Assembly: GCA_963575745.1 (NCBI GenBank)
Contig: CAUYUJ010000148.1
Span: 62,001 to 126,000, forward strand
Direction: 5' to 3'
From: Prorocentrum cordatum
Lineage: Eukaryota
Length of the DNA: 64,000 nt
Within the stretch, counting starts at the first letter, position 1. Each line of letters begins with the position of its first letter. Under the pieces are notes generated by a model. That model saw only the letters and a program-made list of their open reading frames with translations, did not search any database and was not told where the DNA came from. This document shows, piece by piece, positions 12,701 through 25,645 of the stretch. The translations under genes were made by a program, and so were the position numbers.

Positions 12701-12711
12701 CATCCTCCCGC

Positions 12712-12956
12712 CAGAGGCCTCCCAGATGGGGTCCGGATAGACGGGGTCAGAGGATCGCGCCGCATCGCCGATGCATCGGCGATGTATCGGCGATGCATCG
12801 GCGATGCACCGGCGATGCATCTTCGACATGGGCGATGAATCGGCGACGTCGACGTGAAGCAACTCTGGCTCCACATCGAGCCGCATCGGCGATGCATCGG
12901 CGATGCTGTGCGATCCTCCGACCTCATCTACTCCGACCCCATCTAAGAGGCCTAGA
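12712..12956. mobile_element. Foldback element with an (atcggcgatgc)n palindromic core
   Basis: About 38-bp imperfect TIR (ggcctcccagatggggtccggatagacggggtcagagga versus the reverse complement of tcctccgacctcatctactccgaccccatctaagaggcc). Flanking 5-mers cccgc / cccac. Confidence 0.65.
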
Positions 12957-14204
12957 CCCACGCAGCCTCGTCTCTATCCAGAGGGTGTCCTAGACATGCT
13001 CGCGCCGTGGCATAAAAAGAAGGGCGGGAGGCTTTGCAACGTGCTCGGCCTATGGGGGTCCTGACTGGGCCCCAGGACTGTCAAGACACAACTCGGGATG
13101 AGCAACTGGTCCCAAAAGAAAATATCGTGACTTCCGGGGACTCCGTGCTGAAAACAACCGGACACCGCATGTCTGGGGTATTGACCGAAACTGTCCCGAC
13201 AATCTGCCCGAGCGTGAACGGAACCGGCGCCCGGTTGTTCCCGAACGTGACCGAATGCTTGACTTGAAGCCGATGCTATACAATTTCCACACTCGGTCAC
13301 AGTTTCGGACATTTTCGGTTACAATTTCGGGCACTTTCTCCGTCACATCTATTTGTTCGGTTTTGGGCATGGCTTGATGGGGGGGTCATCAATGTGGGGG
13401 TCAGAAACGGTCCCCTTTCGTGCCCCTTTCGGGCCCCTCTGGAGCCCCAGGGGGCTCGTGTAGGTACCGTTTGGGTACCTGTTCGGACCACCCTCGCCCC
13501 CCCCATTTATGATAAAACAACACGAAGATCGGGACAAAATCGGATCGGGATAACTCGAAATCTCTGAGAATCGGCGGATTTGGAGGATGTAATGGGCGCC
13601 GCGGCCGCTCCAGAGCGATTTATCCCGATCCTAGCCCTGTTTTATATGACCCCCCAACGCCCAACGGTCACGCACCCTTTTGGCTGACAGGGGCCGGGCG
13701 CCGTGACACCCCCGCCCTCGCGGCCTGGACTCGAGGGCGCGATCCTGAGGGGGTGCGCGCTCGCACGGATGCGCTCCGCGCGGCGCACCCGCGGAAGCAC
13801 GCACCCAGTCACGGGGCTGCTGCTGCCGCGAGGCTGTGGATACGGATGTGTGTCCCCACCTTCGGTGGCAACTCGTGGGAGCCTCCCCCTGCCATCTTGC
13901 TGGCGAACGGCAACCGACGGCAATCGACGGTGATCGACGCTAAGTCGACACGAATCTACCCTAACTGACGCCTATCGATGTCAAAAGGGGGCTATCTTAT
14001 CGATCACCAGACGCTGGTCAAGGCTTGTACGCCCTAAAGACAGCATTGCGAGGGTAACCAACGATCCGCCGATTTGCAATCGGCGCTGTCTCATTGGTTA
14101 CTAAACGCTACTCGACGCTGGGGTACGCTGAAGACGGAATCAAGACGGTACACGAGGCTCCCATAACTTGCTGCCGAACGGCTGTGTTTTCCCGCCCGCG
14201 ACAG

Positions 14205-14326
14205 CCTCCAGTGCCGCGCCGAGCTCAGCAGCCGCACCGCGTCCGCCCATGCCTGGCCCTTTGCGCACGAGCCGGTCGCGATGTTGAGCAGCACAACGTC
14301 GGGCTGCAGGCCAGCGACCTCGCTGC
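14205..14326 (-). CDS. PPR protein exon
   Basis: EVAGLQPDVVLLNIATGSCAKGQAWADAVRLLSSARHW, followed by a GC donor candidate. Confidence 0.8.
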
Positions 14327-14647
14327 TGAGGGGAGCGCAACGGCTTCTGCGACAACTCATGGCAGCCTGCCATACAATGTTGCAGGGTCTTGCGGATCGA
14401 CACTAATCGACTCTAAAGTGGCGTTAAATCGGCGCCAATCGACGCTAAACAGGCGACATCTCATCGTTTACCTGAGGCTAATCGGCGCCAGCGGACTCCA
14501 AAGACGGAGTTGCCACGTTTCACGAGGCTCTCATGATTTCTTAACGAAGACGGCCTGGCGTCGGTGATGCCTCGCCAACAGATCAGCGATGTGGCAAAGC
14601 TGCTCATCAGAAGGAGCGGTCCACAAGGAGCGAGGCCCCTACCCATC

Positions 14648-14814
14648 GGTCGGAAGTAGGTAGAAACAAGAAGTAGGAAGGCGTTGAAAATAGACTGGGT
14701 CCCGTCCGTACCCTAAGGTGGACGAAAAAGCTGAAGCCACTCGGTCATTGAAGTAGGAAGGCGCTTAATGTATATTGGAATCTGGGAATCCACGAATACC
14801 TACTTTCAACGACC
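14648..14814. repeat. Short dispersed inverted-repeat element; related copy at about 35435-35505
   Basis: ggtc..aagtagg pairs with cctactttcaacgacc. The segment gaagtagga..gcgctt...gatctgggaatcca.gaatacctacttt is shared with 35438-35495. Confidence 0.55.
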
Positions 14815-15815
14815 GATTGGTATTTGCAGCCCCAGAGGCGCCAGGGGGTCGTGCGGGGCGCCAGAGGAACGACCACGGGAGGCCCCTTGGGGAACACCGA
14901 GCCCTGTGACATCGACTACAGACTTGAATTACCCTAGAAGGTCTGTTTGTCCCGTAGACTCAGCGACGCGTGCCTAGAATGTGCCGTAGCTAAACTGCAG
15001 AACATTCTATTCGATGGAAACAAAAGGACTTCGAGGTCAATCAACTGACCCTGTACCGTTGATAGTCACACCATGGGGATAATAAAACTCTGTTCTCTCT
15101 AATACAAGATTTTCCGGGCAAGTCGCATGGAGGCATGTACGGTGTACCGATGTATGAGCACGAAGCCTGAGACATCCTCCTCGCTCTTGGTTATGGTTGT
15201 GCCTTCCCTGGATGGGGTGGCATGCGTAGCGATATAGCAGGCATGGAACTAGGGCACCGCGATACAGCAGGGGACGACGAGGAGAGGGAGGAGGAGGAGG
15301 AGGAGGAGGAGAAGATTTCGAAGAGAAATCAGAAGTTTCGGACCTATCATATTCTGTTTTGAACAACTATCAGATTCCCATTTGTTCTCTACTCGTCGTG
15401 TAGGAGCACTCCTGGTTAACCTGTGGGGGTGATAGTCAATGACGGCGATAAGCAAGCTCAGCTGGGGCTCGGAGGGAGGAAGAAGGGTAGAGCACTAGAG
15501 CGCTAGACAAAGCACTACAGCACTAGAGCACCAGACATCAAATTCTGGCAGGGCCTGCCTTGGATGCTCACCGCGATATAGCAAGACTAGCACTAAGGCA
15601 CCACATGTGGCCACGAACCGTGTGAGGGGTGTGCCAGAAGGGGGCCTACGAGAGGGTAACGATGATGACAAATAATGTTGATGATGATAACAAATGATTA
15701 TCATGATACGATTGCCCAGTGTACGATTCGTACGCTCCCTGGTGGATAAAACTTATCCCAGTGCGACCCTACCTAGAGGTTCGAGACCCTAGGAAAGCAG
15801 CATTAGTAGTAACAG

Positions 15816-16739
15816 TAAAGCTAAGCTAAAGCTAAGTTAAAGCTAAGCTAAAGCTAAGCTAAAGCTAAGCTGAAGCTAAGCTAAAGCTAAGCCAAAGCTA
15901 AAGCTAAGCTAAGGCTAAGCTAACACTGAGCTAAAGCTAAGCTAAAGCTAAGCTAAAGCTAAGCTGAAGCTAAGCTAAAGCTAAGCTAAAGCTAAGCTAA
16001 AACTAAGCTAAAGCTAAGCTAAAGCTAAGCTAAAGCTAAGCTGAAGCTAAGGCTAAATATAAGCTGAAGCTAAGCTAAAGCTAAAGCTACGCTGAAGCTA
16101 AGCTAAAGCTAAGCTAAAGCTAAGCTGAAGCTAAGCGAAAGCTAAGCTAACACTAAGCTGAAGCTAAGCTAAAGCTGAGCTAAAGCTAAGCTAAAGCTAA
16201 ATCGAAGCTAAGCTGAATCTAAGCTAAAGCTAAGCTAAAGCTAAGCTAAAGCTAAGCTAAAGCTAAGCTAACACTAAGCTAACTCTAAGCTAAAGCTAAG
16301 CTAAAGCTAAGCTGAAGCTAAGCTGAAGCTAAACTAAAGCTAAACTAAAGCTAAGCTAACGCTAAGCTAAAGCTAAGCTAACACTAAGCTAAAGCTAAGC
16401 TAACACTAAGCTGTAGCGAAGCTAAAGCTAAGCTAAAGCTAAGCTAAAGCTAAGCTAAAGCTAAGCTAAAGCTAAGCTAATACTAAGTTGAAGCTAAGCT
16501 AAAGCTAAGCTAAATCTAAGCTAAAGCTAAGCTAAGGCTAAGCTAACACTAAGCTAAAGCTAAGCTAAAGATAAGCTGAAGCTAAGCTAAAGCTAAGCTA
16601 AAGCTAAGTTAAAGCTAAGCTAACACTAAGCTGAAGCTAAGCTAAAGCTAAGCTAAAACTAAGCTAAAGCTAAGCTAACACTAAGCTAAAGCTAAGCTAA
16701 CACTAAGCTAAAGCTAAAGCTAAAGCTAAGGCTAAAGCT
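15816..16739. repeat. 11-bp satellite (TAAAGCTAAGC)n, about 84 units
   Basis: Directly visible, with recurrent variants TGAAGC and TAACAC. Confidence 0.97.
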
Positions 16740-17329
16740 CCCAGGGGACTGGGGGAACCGCGGGGCGGGGACCTGGGGGAACCGCCCGGGGCGGTTAGCA
16801 CTGCACGGCCCTTTAAGCAAAGAGAGTAAGAACCCTTCTAGGCAGAGCCAAGGTAGGGAAAAATCGGACACGTCGTTCCGCCCGCCTAGCAAATGTAAGT
16901 TCCCCATGGATAATCATGACTCAGGGGTTTAAGGGAGGGATGCTCTATTATCGCAAGCATGCGGTTATGTGCTCTATCTCCCATTCGACCACTGCCTAAG
17001 CGTTATGGAAGCCCCCACCACAAGCCTCGCCCCCCCCACGCCCCTCGGCGGGCTGAGGGCGCCCAGGCCCCCGCATCGGCGGCGGATGCACCCCCCGCTG
17101 GACCAATCTAGAAAAGCAAAAAAAGGCAACCACACAGTTATAGTTCCAGAGCTCGGCGCGGACTTCCCTTGAAGTGGCGCCTCGCAGAATGCGCAGGGCT
17201 TCTGAGAAGCCCCGACGCTTTCTCAGAAGGCCTGCCCCCTCTCTCTTCCCCCCTGGGCTCGCCGCCGACATAAATCGACAAAGAACAACTGTATAAGAAT
17301 ACGCTGTCGGAGGTCCGCGCGGATTTCTT

Positions 17330-18165
17330 GGACCGGCACTGGCTCCCCCCTCCCTGGCGTGCGGAGCGCGCCAGGTGCGGCGGTGGAGGCGCCGCCAGGG
17401 GGGCCCAGCGCCGATCCACGAGATCTTCGCGGATCTCCGGCAGCTTATACTCCGTAAGCGGTTTGTGCCTCTTTGATGGTCCCGCGCCCCCACCGCAAGA
17501 GAGCCCAGAATCGAATCGACAAGTTGGATCGGCGATCGAAATGAATCGGATCGACGGAAATCGGCAGGCTACCAGACCTACGTCGAGAGAAGTCGAATGG
17601 GCAGAAATCGGCAGGCTACCAGACCTCCATTGAAGAATCGGAGCCCAAATCGGAATCCCAAGTCGAATCGAATCGGAGTTGGAAGCCATCGAAATCGAAT
17701 CGAATCGAAGCGAATCGGAGGAATCGAAACGAGCCCTGCGCCCCCCTCCCAGTCGGCGCCACGGACCTCCACGACGGTCGCCAGGACCGCCGCGCCGAGC
17801 TCCCAGCCACCGCGCAGCGCCGCCACGGCCCAGGGGGCGGCGGGGCGGGACAGCAGAAGAGGGGGAAGCTGCACAAGCAGGCGCTCTCGCAGATACCCCT
17901 GTGGAGGGCTTGCTTTCCACCGCCACAACCTCAAGCAGGAGGGGGAGGGGTCCTCCCCCTCCTCCTCCTCCTCCTCCTCCTCCTCCTCATCCTCCACCTC
18001 CTTTCCCCCCTCCAACTTGTGGTGGTGGTGGAAAGCAGGCCCATCAAGACAGGCCTGAGCTGGATCGGATCGCGACACTGGATCAGGTCGGAGAGCGTCT
18101 GGACCGCCAGCGAGCCGCCCCGAATCGGGCCGCAGTCGGATCGCCGCGCCTGGCTCTGGCTGGCC
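17330..18165 (-). CDS. Cluster of three putative short exons, OPR/RAP-like helical repeats
   Basis: About 18160-18080 ARRSDCGPIRGGSLAVQTLSDL; about 17835-17765 PWAVAALRGGWELGAAVLATVVE; about 17445-17350 KLPEIREDLVDRRWAPLAA. Joined, QTLSDL+PWAVAAL resembles the Q-x-LSN-x-x-WA-x-A-x-L motif. Confidence 0.4.
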
Positions 18166-19180
18166 CCGGCCAGTGCGGATCGAGCGAAATCGAATCGAAC
18201 TCGTGGCCCCAGTCGACGAGTCGAATCGCAAGGAATCGTCTGCGGCGATGGCATGCCAGCGCGGATCCGCCAAGGGTCGTCTTCCATCGCCGAGCCGATG
18301 CAGAAAGTCCGCGTGGACCCTCGAAGTATTGCCAGGTTTGGTCAGGATGGTTGGCCTGGGGTGGTCGGTGTTGGCCGAGTGGATGGACGGAGGGGCTGGC
18401 TCGGGTAACTCTTCGACGGGCCAGTCTTTCCACTGCCCATAGCATAGGCTTTGGCATGACACAAGCAGGTCCCGAGGGAAACGGATCCTGGATCCCGGGC
18501 CTCCCCCCCGCGACCAGCATTTTCATCGTGAGTGGCTTTCCGGGGGCGCCGCGAGACCGCAAATGGCGAAAAACAACGGGGACCCGTTTCCCTCAGGTCC
18601 CGTTCCCGGGACACCCAGCAATGCGATCGTTTCATGATCTGGCCCGACCCCTCTCCCGAGGGCCACCTTTTCGACCCGGATCCATCTTGGAGGGCCTCAG
18701 GGCCCGCTGACAGGTGCGGGGCCCGAGATCGACGAGATGGGGCGCTTGGACTGCAAAGAGCGTAAGACCACCGGAGATCTGGGCCTCATGGCGCATGTCC
18801 TGATGGCCCCAGGGACCCAGGGGACCCCTGGACGGGCCTCGGAGCCCGAGATCGAGGGAGTGAGGCCTGCACTGGACACGGCCCAGCCTCGGACATGTGG
18901 CCGTCCCTCGGGGCGCAGAGGCTCACGGCCGGGGACCCCTGGACGGGCCGGGGAGCCCGAGGTCGAGGCCATGGGGCTTGGGCTGCAAAGACCGTCGGAG
19001 ATCTGGGCGTGCCTCGTGGCGCGGAGCAAGACGAGGCCAGGACGAGGGCAAATTCGGGCGAGGAAAAATCGAGGATCTCTGAGATCTGGCAGCTCTAGAG
19101 GAAGTATCGGGCGTCGCAGCCCTCTCAGAGCGTTCCCGCCTCAGAGAGGCCCAGAGCGCTCTCAGAGCGCTCTCAGAGCG

Positions 19181-19260
19181 CTCTGGGACGGCGACATCCT
19201 CGCCCTGGACCCGGCCGACGGATCCTGCTCGGTGCTACTTCCGCGTCTTCGAGGCGGGGC
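19181..19260 (+). pseudogene. Antisense gene fragment with a Tudor/SH3-like beta pattern
   Basis: LWDGDILALDPADGSCSV, then after a 1-nt shift YFRVFEAG. High GC3. Confidence 0.3.
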
Positions 19261-20329
19261 CCTCGCGGCGGCGCGGCGGCGCGGGGCGGCGCGGCGGCCG
19301 CGGCGGCGCGCGTCGCGGCCGCGCCGCGCCGCGGGCGGCCTCGGAGGGGCGCCCGACGGCGGCGGCGCCCGCCGGCGGAGGCATGCGCGCGCGCGGCGCG
19401 GCGCATGTGCGGAGCGGGCGGCGGCGGGCGCGGGGCGGGTGCGGGGCGGGCGGGCGGCGGGGTCGAGCGGCCTGCTGGTCGGCGGCGGCGGCGGCGGGCG
19501 GGAGGCGGCGGCGAGAGGGAGAGAGAGAGGGGGAGGGAGGGAGAAGAAGAGAGAGAGAGAGGGAGAGGGAGGCACGGGGAGAGGGGGAGGAGGAAGAGAG
19601 AAGCACATGCTACGGTGGAGCAAAGAAGGAAGTTTGGAAACTGGGAGACAGAAGCGTGAGAGGTAAGCGGGACATTCGTGCGCGAAGGCCCCCTTCTCCA
19701 CCCTCCTTCCCTGCTTCCTAGCTTCCTCGTACTCCTCCTCCCCTCTCATCCTATCCTCCTCGTACTCCTTCCTCCCCTCTCATCCTCTTTCAATGTGAAC
19801 GCCCTTACCCTTCTTACCCTCCTCCCTGCCTTCTGATCCGCCCCTCCTCCGCTCCTTACCATCGTACTCCTCCTCCCCACTCGTCCTCTTCCAATGTGCA
19901 CCTCGTGCGGGAAGTGTCGAAAAGTGTTCTCACAAGCCTGAGGCAGCTCTCCCCCCCCCCTTCCCTCCCACTGGTCCCCACTTCTGTCCTCCCCCATTAT
20001 TCCCCCTCCCTCCTCCTGATCTCGTCTGCTTCCTCCCCCGCCCGTCATATCCGTAAGTGCTCTGCCTCCTCGGTCTCGTCTCGGTGGTCCTCCTCCTTTT
20101 CCTCGTCCTCCTGTTCGTCCTCGCCATCCAGGCCCTCCTCTTCCCTCCTCCTCCTCATCGTCCTCCTCCTCCTCCTCGATCTCTTCGTCTCCCTCCTCGT
20201 CTTCGAACCCCTCGCCTTCCACTCGCCCTCGCCCTCCTCCTCCTCCTCCTCCTCCTCCTCGCCTGCGTCCTCGTCCTCGCCCCCGCCCTCCCGCGCCCTC
20301 CTCCCCCTCCGTCCTCCTCGTCCTCAGAC

Positions 20330-21418
20330 CTGTCCGCCGCGCAGCACGGACTACCGGGAGCCAGCGGTAATCTGGCGCCACGGAGCGGGAACAGGAGGCC
20401 AGCGCCAGCCCTGGCCCGTGCAGCCGGGGGCGCGGCGGAGGAGCTGGTGGTGGTGATGGTGATGGTGGTATGGTGATGGTGGTGACCGTCATGACGGATG
20501 GCGGTGGTGGTGTTGCTGATAAAGACGGCAACGATCTGACGATGATGGTGAGGGTTGCGGCGATGAAGGTACTGATGCTGGTCATGATTGTTGTGTAGTT
20601 CCTGAGGGTGGCGCTGCCAATCGTGATGAGTGGTGATAGTGATGATAACGACGACGAAGATGCTGACGATTATCATGATCGTGTGCATGATACTGATGAT
20701 CTGATGATGCTGATAATGATGGTGATGATGCTGATAAGGACGCCGAGGGTGGTAATGATGAATATGCGTGATGATGCTGATAACGATGAGGATGAGTGGT
20801 GATGCTGATGCTGATGGTGGTGATGCTGCTGATGATGCCGAGCATGAGGTCGACGCTGGTGATGTCGGGGATGAAAGATGGTGCTTATACAGGTGAGGAG
20901 GATGAGTGATGATAATGATGATGATTGTGGTGGTTATGTTCATGGCGATGATGCTGACGATGTCGATAATGATTGTGATGATGATGATGATGCTACTGAT
21001 GATGATGATGATGATGATGATACTGAGGATGCTCATGGTGGTAATACTGCTGATGATGCTGATGATGATGATGGTGCTGGTGATGATGATGCTGCTGATA
21101 GTATCGAAAACGATGATGATTCATGCAATGATGACGAGGATGGGTATGATGATAATGATGGTAAGGATGATGATGACGTGGATGATGAAGACGACGGCGA
21201 CGACGACGGTTGTGGTGGTGGCGGAGGTGGTGGTGATGATGATAATGATCATGATGATGATGATGCTGCTGCTGCTGATGATGATGATGATAATGATGAT
21301 GATGATGATGATGCTGATGATGATGATGATGAGGCCACGACTGTTTCGCGGGCCGCCCGCGCGAACTCGCAAGTCGCTGGCGCCCGACGCTTCCGCTGGC
21401 ACGCCAGGGCCACCCTCT
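20330..21418 (-). CDS. Two putative short exons flanking the GAT tract (about 20330-20425 and 21335-21415)
   Basis: RVALACQRKRRAPATCEFARAARETVVA after cctcag; GLALASCSRSVAPDYRWLPVVRAARR. Both are GC-rich islands between microsatellites. Confidence 0.35.
20445..21331. repeat. Imperfect (GAT)n microsatellite, about 0.9 kb
   Basis: Directly visible. Confidence 0.95.
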
Positions 21419-22539
21419 GAGGGACGCCCGGCGTCAACGCCGTCCCCTCCCGCCCGCCCGCCCACCGCGGCGCCTGCGGGGCAGCCAATCACCGACCGAC
21501 ATCCCTGGCCGCGAGGAGTTCGAGCCTCTTCCTCCTCCCTACCTTCTTGTCCTCGCCCTCGTCCTCGTCCTCGTCCTCCTTTTTCGCCTTCGTGTGATCT
21601 TCCCGTTCCTCACCATGCTCCTCCCCCTGCCCGCCTGCTGTTCCTCCTCTTCCTCCTCGTTCTCGCACCTCCTCCCCCTCCTCTTCATCCTCCTCGTCCT
21701 CCTGCCTATTCCTCCTCTGCCTTCTGCTCCGCCTCCTCCTTTTCCAGCCCGCCTGTGCTGGCCCTCCTGGCCCGCGCCGACTTCCAGGCCCCCGGTTCTT
21801 GGAACTCTCCGCCGCCACAAGCGGTGCGAGTTCAGAGCAGGAACGCGGCAAAGCCACAGGAAAGCGTGACATTGACGGTGAAACTCTGCACACGTGTCAA
21901 ATTCTCTAGCGAACAAGAGCACAAACAAGAGCACAGCAAAGCCCAAGGACAACAAGGCATTGACAGCGTAACCCCAGCATCAACACAGTGGCCAGAGAGC
22001 CCCCGCGACGTGTCACCGAGCGTTGCTCCACCCTGCCCAGTGTGGACGGACGACACGTTGAGGGCACAAGCAAGACGAATATTTGGTGATTGTGTTCAAC
22101 TTTCCTGCGAGGGGGGGGCAAGAACGAGGTGGAACGAGACCGCGGAGCCAAAAGGGAAGCAAAACGAGCAGAAATCGACTCCGATTGAAAAGCAAGACGC
22201 CGTGCAACGATTGCCTCCAGGCTACGGCATGTTTGTGCCGTCGTGGCCCGCTCACTGGTTTCTGACACCGCGCTACTCGTTCAGACTGAAAGATAGCAGC
22301 ACTCCATCAGCGCAGACCTGTCAACGCTGCCCCCGCATGGGGTGCTGGCGGCGTCCGACCATAACGCCCGCGCTGGCCTCGCCGCCGCGTCCACGCAGTG
22401 CGAACCTGCTGTAAGCGTCGACGAGAAGCTGGTAGTGGAGCGGACACAGCTAAGACAATAAAGCAGAGGTCTCACGCAACGTAACGATAAAGCAGGCGCT
22501 AATGCATGCAAGCGAGCATGCAAGCAGTGGCTCATGGCT

Positions 22540-22930
22540 TCAAGCTGCCCCAAGGGGCGTCCAGCAGGGCTCCGACCAGACCCGCAGAGGGCCCCAGAGG
22601 GAACACGATTGCGGGTTCCCGACCGTCCAGGACGGGCCCAGAGGCCGCCAAGGCCGCCCAGGAAGGTTCCAGGACGGCCCCATGGGGGGCCTCCCACGAG
22701 AGCTGAAGGAGCACCCCAAGAAGGCCCCCCCCGAAAGATGGCGCCCGAGCGCGCCAGCAGGCTCCCAAGAGGTCCGCAAGAGGCCCACGGAGTCCCAAGG
22801 AGGTACCACAAGAGGCCCCCACGAGGCTACAGAAGTTTACAACAGTCCCGCCAAGAAGCCTCCGAGAGGCTTCCGAAGAGACCCCACAGAGCCTTCCGAA
22901 GAGGCACCTGGTCCACCACCCAGCTTGGCT
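22540..22930. repeat. (cccaagagg)-rich dispersed repeat related to 8760-9050 and 53500-53810
   Basis: Shared ggccccaagagg / aagatggc motifs. Confidence 0.55.
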
Positions 22931-23977
22931 GCACGAGTGCCCCGAAAAGTAAGCGAGCGCCTCCCAAACATCTCCCGTTGGCCACGAGCACAGCAACGCA
23001 TTCACAATCACTATGACCAAATGGGCACGCAACAACGATGATGCTGTATGTGCTGGCCGAATGACCGAAGCTATGAAAACATACGTGCAAACAAGCATGC
23101 AAACTATCACGCAACCGCTCGAGCAATCACGCAAGCATGCACGCTCGCGAGTGAACATTAGGTAACCCAACAAGCACTCAAACAACACGTAAGCATACTC
23201 CATGTGTGAAATTCCCCCCATACGCAAGATCAAGCAACATCGAATCGGGATTTCGGATCGAATCGGAATGAAGGCGGATCGGCGGCGCCAAGATGCACAA
23301 CAACGCCATGCAAACATCGGGCCGCATCGGATCGCCAGAATATCAAGATCGAATCGAATCGGGTCGGCCGAACTCGATTTCGACCAAATCGATCGGAACA
23401 AAACGGCTCCTGAACTGGGGGTCGCAAGATGATGAATGAAGAACACAGGAGGAAGGGGGTCGGGCAAGGCAGTGAACCCACTATGGGAATGGGGTGCGTG
23501 AGACTTCGGGTTCGAAAGGGGACCACCATCCGACATCTGGCGCCTAATAGCCTGGGCGGAATCCTGGCCCCGAGGTTTGCAGATTGATGCGGATGGCATC
23601 TCGGTTCGACGGCCAGTAGATCTCCCATGGCAAAACAGAGGCTGCACGCCGAGTCCGAATCGGACCGTGTCCCGTTTCATGTAGGTCGCCCCAGGACGCG
23701 ACGGGGAAAGACAAAGGGGTACCAGCTGAGGGGAGGAAACATCGAGCCCGAATCGGCGAGACATCGACGGTGGACCAGCGTTAGGCCAACACGAGCGACA
23801 CCAAAGGTTCCTGGGCGGGATTGAAGGACGGGCGCGGATTGGCGATGAATCGGCGATTGGCGAATCGACCCTTCTCCCCTCTGCCTGACCCTGGAGAGAC
23901 CAAAATACACTGATACCGCCATTGCCCGGACATATCCTGGGGTGCGTTCTGACCCGAAATCCTTGGCGAGTCCAGCA

Positions 23978-24155
23978 TCGGGAGCGGCCAAGAGGGGGGT
24001 GTCCAAGAGGGGGGGGTGCAAATCATGATCGGCAGCATGTGCGCGGCCCAGCCAGGGGGCCAGGGACGTAATGAAATGAGAAGAGGCGCCATGAAATCTG
24101 GGGAAATATCATATCCACCCCCCCTAGTCATCACCCCCCTCTTTGCCGCCCCCGA
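23978..24155. mobile_element. Foldback element with a perfect 5-bp TSD
   Basis: TIR tcgggagcggccaagaggggggtg / cacccccctctttgccgcccccga. cagca on both sides (23973-23977, 24156-24160). Confidence 0.75.
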
Positions 24156-25294
24156 CAGCAGTGGCAACGAAGGCCTCCCAGGAGACCTAGAAGGCGAACG
24201 CGAGGGAAGGGTAGCGGCATTGGTATCGATACCTTGGTACCCTTTCCCTCCCCTGAGACCCCCCCTGTCGTTGCCCCTGGAACAGAGCCTGGGCGCCCCT
24301 AAACGGGGTGGTGACCACACCGTGCAGTGAGTCGGTGGGGATTCGGTGCCGCCGCACAGTCTTGGGACTCGAGTCCCTCTCCGAGGACGTCTCGGGCGAC
24401 AGGGGCCTCCAGGTTCCCAAGACTCTGCGGTGACGGGCCCTGCGGTGAGGGTCTCCTGGGGCTTCCGAGGTCACCGCACGCTCTGTCACCGCACCGCGTC
24501 GGGACTCCACAGAGCGGGCCCGCCGAAACCGAGTCGGCCGGGGCACCGTTTCGTTCCGGCCAGCCCGCCGGGGCTCCTCGGCGCGCGGGCACGCTGCAGC
24601 CGGTGCCGCCGGGTGAGCGACGAGAAGAGACGGGTCTTGCGCGAGCTGGAATGGCTACCTTGAACGGTGGCTTACGCGACTCGCCGGCGCGGCACGCCAT
24701 GCTGGAAACGAGCGCGCGAAGGTGCGGCCTTACGCGGGCAGCCTACGCGCTAACGTCGGCGCAAGCGTTCCCATGGTCTTCTGTCGCTCAGGTGCCGCCC
24801 GAGCTCTTCCGTGCGGGGGGTGCCAAAGGTGTCCATGGCCCTCCTGCACCTCCACCTCCCCCCCCCGGCCCCTCCTCCTTCTCCCTCCTGCCCCCCCACC
24901 CGTCTCCACTGCTGCCCAGTACGAGCGCCACGAATGATATTGACTCTTCCTTCTCCCCCGAACCTGATTTTTCGGTGGCACGCCTGTCCCGCGTAGGGCG
25001 TTCCCTTTCCGCACACAAGATTTCAGCGCCTGTCATGTCACACGCGTTCTATTACAATCGGGACGTGCTTGCTGTCTCAGGACGGTGTTCCCGCTGTGGC
25101 GTTGGCCTCAAACAGTGTCTGCACTTGCGGGGCGCACTTCTCTTTCTCACGGAACTTCATGGGTTCCCGTGGTTTCCGATTGGTGCCCGGCCGGTGGGCG
25201 CCTCGTGGGCGGCCTGCGCTTGGTGGGCGTCCCGAGGTTTCGTCTGATGCCCGCCGATGGGCACATCGTGGGCGCCCCGTGGGCGCTTCGTACG

Positions 25295-25645
25295 CTCACA
25301 CATAGCTTGCAATGCACAGCTCACATCTCTGATGTCACACCGCCTGGCTGACACAACATATGGTTCGTTTTATTGCAGGGCGTACACAATATGATTGTCT
25401 TAACCGAATCGGTCATTCCGAATTGCCTGCAACACAGAATGCTATACAGCATAGCTGGAAGCATACGGCTCACACAGCACAGCCTGCAACACAGAGCATA
25501 CACGTCCTAGCTGGAAACAAACACTCTCACCGCTCAGCTTACACAACATAGCTTACCCAACATAGCGTGCAGAACATAGCTGGCACCAGACAGCTCACAC
25601 CGCAAAGCTGACACCACAGAGCTCGCACAGCATACAGTTCAGCTC
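25295..25645. repeat. Degenerate (cacacagct/catagct) repeat; opposite-strand relative at 44985-45160
   Basis: Recurrent acacagc / catagc / agctt motifs. Confidence 0.6.

Noticed and set aside
15816..16739. CRISPR array or telomere
   Set aside because: Head-to-tail 11-mers with no unique spacers and no cas genes; the unit is not TTTAGGG-like and the array is internal.
20878..22414. 502-aa poly-Met ORF and overlapping poly-Asp / poly-Ile ORFs
   Set aside because: Translations of the (GAT)n microsatellite and a CCT-rich tract; no domain signal.
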